From: an uncultured Acidobacteriaceae bacterium
GTDB lineage: Bacteria > Acidobacteriota > Terriglobia > Terriglobales > Acidobacteriaceae
Assembly (NCBI GenBank): GCA_964509525.1
Contig: CAZDYZ010001058.1
Location: 1 to 28,636, forward strand
DNA length: 28,636 nt
Direction: 5' to 3'
In this document: piece after piece, positions 25,815 to 28,636 of the stretch
How the letters are laid out: each line of letters begins with the position of its first letter
Position numbering within the stretch: the first letter of the stretch is position 1
Program-made: the position numbers and the translations under genes
The notes under the pieces: model-generated
Seen by the model: only the letters and a program-made list of their open reading frames with translations
The model's database searches: none
Told to the model about the DNA's origin: nothing

Positions 25815-26174
25815 TCACATCAACTGTTCAATCTTTTTGATCAAGACCTCGGGGGGATCGCCTTTCGTGATAAACGCGTTTGCCAACTCTAGCGCACGAG
25901 GAGGCAGCGAGAAGTAAGCGGAAAAGAAGATGATCGGGATGTCGGCCCGACGACGCCGCAGCTCAGCCGCCACATCTCCGCCGTTCAGACCGGGCATGTA
26001 GTAATCAAGCACGACCACATCAACGTGGTTCTGGTCGAACAGGTCGAGCCCCCGCTGACCATCGGTGGCAGTGAGGACACGAAAACCGTGCTCTTCCAGC
26101 ATCAGCTTTCGCACCCGCAGACCAATTTTCTCGTCATCAACGCAGAGCACTGTCTTCGGGTGGACAGCGTTCAT
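25815..26174 (-). CDS. Stand-alone response regulator receiver protein
   Basis: VLCVDDE, VVVLDYYMPGLNG, IIFFSA and FITKG; canonical phospho-acceptor set. Confidence 0.9.
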   Translation of the reverse strand: MNAVHPKTVLCVDDEKIGLRVRKLMLEEHGFRVLTATDGQRGLDLFDQNHVDVVVLDYYMPGLNGGDVAAELRRRRADIPIIFFSAYFSLPPRALELANAFITKGDPPEVLIKKIEQLM

Positions 26175-26582
26175 CCGGTTCACTATCGTCTCCAATTGCA
26201 CTCGATTGTCTATATCGCGTCGTCCGATGCTGCCCGGTTTCCGGGTGACTGACAACCGTTTCCGTTCTTATGGTGAATGCAGCGCTGGCAAAGTATGACG
26301 ACAAAGAACCCTTTTGGCCATGCCGAAAACGTGGTAGATGGGTTTTACCATGAACATTCATAAAGGGTTAGTTTCCTGTGTAGAGCGACTACTATGGTGT
26401 TTGCAGTACGCGCGCAGCAACCTTTCCAGGCTTGGTGCTAATGCAGCGCTGGCTTGCGAGCGAAAAATCTACGGTCGCGAGACGCTTGCAGAATTGCCAC
26501 CTCCAGCAAGATGGCCAGGAGAACCATGATTTTCGCTTCGCGCTCACGGCATGGTATTTTCAAACACTTACAGACAAACTCA

Positions 26583-27095
26583 ATGATCCGTTCCTACAAG
26601 GGAATCACACCCGTTATTCCATCCTCATGCTACGTCGACGAATCGGCACAACTCATCGGCGATGTGGTGCTCGGTGACAACGCCAGCGTTTGGATGAACG
26701 CGGTGCTGCGCGGCGACGTTCACTACATCCGTGTCGGTGCTAACAGCAACATTCAGGATTGCAGCGTGCTGCATGGCATGCTGGGAAAGTGGCCGGTGAT
26801 TGTAGGCGATTGGGTGACGGTCGGGCACTCGGTGACGTTGCACGGGTGCGTGGTCGAAGACCGCTGCCTGATTGGCATGGGCGCGGTGATTCTGAACGGA
26901 GCCCGCATTGGTGCAGGCTCGATCATTGCGGCGGGCACCCTGATTCCGGAAGGGGAGATCGTCGAACCGGGCTCGCTGTGGATGGGCGTCCCAGGTCGGT
27001 TCCAGCGGAAGTTGGAAGACGACCAGATGATTCTACGCTACGCGCGGAACTATCTGGGTTACAGGGAACAGTACCTGCTAGAGATGAAGAGGTAG
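26583..27095 (+). CDS. Gamma carbonic anhydrase family (YrdA/PaaY-like) hexapeptide protein
   Basis: IGDVVLG..ASVWMNAVLRGD, IRVG..SNIQD.SVLH, VGHSVTLHGC and GVPG; His ligands are present. Confidence 0.93.
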   Translation: MIRSYKGITPVIPSSCYVDESAQLIGDVVLGDNASVWMNAVLRGDVHYIRVGANSNIQDCSVLHGMLGKWPVIVGDWVTVGHSVTLHGCVVEDRCLIGMGAVILNGARIGAGSIIAAGTLIPEGEIVEPGSLWMGVPGRFQRKLEDDQMILRYARNYLGYREQYLLEMKR

Positions 27096-27168
27096 GGGTG
27101 TGCTTGCCGTCGGGTGCGGCGTCAACCTGGCGAGCCAAAGGAAATTCCAAAGACCCCAGGATCTGAAG

Positions 27169-28482
27169 ATGATCAAGGCTGTCCGTGGAACTCGTGACCT
27201 TCTTCCGCCTGAGACCGATCTATGGAACCGGGTGGATGCCAAGGTGCGGGAGGTTTTAGCTCGCTATAACTATCACGAAATCCGAACGCCGATCTTCGAA
27301 GACACACAACTGTTCTCGCGCAGCGTCGGCGAGGAAACCGACATCGTCTCCAAGGAAATGTTTACCTGGGAGGACCCGCCGAGACCGAAGGCAGCCGAAG
27401 CTCACGGCGCTGCGCCGAGCTCGGGCGAGGGAGTGCAATCTCTGACCCTCCGCCCGGAAAATACCGCGGGCGTAGTCCGGGCCTACATTCAGCACCGGCT
27501 GGACAGGGCCGGCAAATTGCAAAAGCTGTACTACATCGGGCCGCAATTCCGCCGGGAACGGCCGCAGAAGGGGCGCTACCGCCAGTTCTACCAGATTGGC
27601 GCGGAGATGATAGGACCACCGAGCGCAGGCAGCGAATCCCCGTTGCGCGATGCTGAGCTGCTGGAGATGCTGGCCACGTTGCTCGACAACATCGGCTTGC
27701 GCGACTGGCAATTGCAGTTGAACTCGGTCGGCTGCGCCGGGGACCGGGCGCGCTACAATCAGGCACTACGGAGGGCGCTGGAACCGGTTGTACACCAGAT
27801 GTGTGCTGATTGCCAGCGCCGGGCCAGTACCAATCCCCAGCGCGTGCTCGACTGCAAAGTTCCAGAAGACCAGCCCATCATCGAGAAGCTTCCCAAGATC
27901 GGAGAGTATCTCGACGAGCCTTGCCGCGAACATTTTGCTGCGCTGTGCGCGATGCTGGACGCGGTCGGCGTTGCTTACACGGTTAACGAGCGTATGGTGC
28001 GCGGGCTGGACTATTACACCCGCACAACGTTCGAGTTCACGCACGGCGGCCTCGGTGCACAAAGCGCTGTGGTCGGCGGCGGCCGCTACGATGGACTTTC
28101 CGAGTCTCTTGAAGGTCCAAAGGCGCCCGGCATCGGATTCGCCATTGGTGAGGATCGACTGATCCTGGCCTTGCAATCGCAAGGCGAAGTGAGGGGGGAG
28201 AAACTGCAAGCCTATGTTGCTCCACTGGGCGCAGGAATGAACGGGCATGCTCTACGGCTGGCCAGTGAGTTACGTCGCGAGGGCATCATCGCTGAGCTGG
28301 GTGATGAATCCTTCCGGCTGAAAAAATCATTCGAGCTCGCCGAGAAGGCTGGTGCGCGCTTCCTGGTGATCGTAGGAGAGAATGAAGTCGCCGCCGGACA
28401 ATACGCAGTAAAGGAGCTCGGGAGTGGCGCACAGGTGCCGGTGCCGCGTGCACAACTCGCTGCCCACCTGCGACAACAATAG
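27169..28482 (+). CDS. hisS: Histidine--tRNA ligase
   Basis: [50 protein letters not shown] and GGGRYDGL. Confidence 0.98.
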   Translation: MIKAVRGTRDLLPPETDLWNRVDAKVREVLARYNYHEIRTPIFEDTQLFSRSVGEETDIVSKEMFTWEDPPRPKAAEAHGAAPSSGEGVQSLTLRPENTAGVVRAYIQHRLDRAGKLQKLYYIGPQFRRERPQKGRYRQFYQIGAEMIGPPSAGSESPLRDAELLEMLATLLDNIGLRDWQLQLNSVGCAGDRARYNQALRRALEPVVHQMCADCQRRASTNPQRVLDCKVPEDQPIIEKLPKIGEYLDEPCREHFAALCAMLDAVGVAYTVNERMVRGLDYYTRTTFEFTHGGLGAQSAVVGGGRYDGLSESLEGPKAPGIGFAIGEDRLILALQSQGEVRGEKLQAYVAPLGAGMNGHALRLASELRREGIIAELGDESFRLKKSFELAEKAGARFLVIVGENEVAAGQYAVKELGSGAQVPVPRAQLAAHLRQQ

Positions 28483-28523
28483 CGGAACAGGGAAAAATGC
28501 CTTCCCGGAGGTACTCTGAATTC

Positions 28524-28636
28524 ATGCTTGACTTCCTCGGTAACTTGAAACGTACCCATATGTGCGGTCAGTTGCGCGCCTCCGACGCCGGCTCCAACGT
28601 CGTACTCATGGGATGGGTGAACAAGCGGCGCGACCT
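28524..28636 (+). CDS. aspS: Aspartate--tRNA ligase, N-terminal fragment cut by window edge
   Basis: [37 protein letters not shown] matches the AspS start (RTH.CG.L...V.L.GWV..RRD); GGAGG RBS; typical hisS-aspS order. Confidence 0.93.
   Translation, partial: MLDFLGNLKRTHMCGQLRASDAGSNVVLMGWVNKRRD

Noticed and set aside
1-28636. CRISPR array, rRNA, tRNA, defence systems
   Set aside because: No regularly spaced repeats, RNA gene signatures or recognisable cas/defence genes seen.

Overview
Chromosomal window of about 59% GC whose gene content points to Acidobacteriota (Terriglobia-like). The supporting genes are an acidobacterial-type VWA protein, an atypical LuxR regulator and an Hfq paralog; this placement is inferred, not searched. 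Most of the window is housekeeping or accessory genes: rarA (partial), TrmH methylase, TsaC, YdcF, cyclase, VWA, exported D-aminoacylase, DUF92, Ku, SYLF protein, lpxD, MobB-like NTPase, RibD_C, TMEM175, methyltransferase, Hfq-like + SuhB, three tandem secreted paralogs, a swivel-first LeuD-LeuC/aconitase fusion, ferredoxin, a receiver protein, gamma-CA, hisS and aspS (partial). A decayed mobile patch at about 12.5-13.9 kb holds an IS110 N-terminal remnant, a frameshifted DUF2252 gene and the 3' end of a group II intron. The best unexplained signals are: (i) a ~335-nt intergenic stretch (5244-5578) whose helices fold preferentially on the minus strand; (ii) a pseudo-receiver LuxR gene followed by GTTAC/GTAAC operator-like repeats, a sigma70 promoter and a ~70-nt terminated candidate sRNA; (iii) an Hfq paralog translationally coupled to SuhB; (iv) a tandem triplet of an unannotated secreted family; and (v) a small membrane gene with an in-frame TAG missed by the ORF track. 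No rRNA, tRNA or CRISPR array was found.
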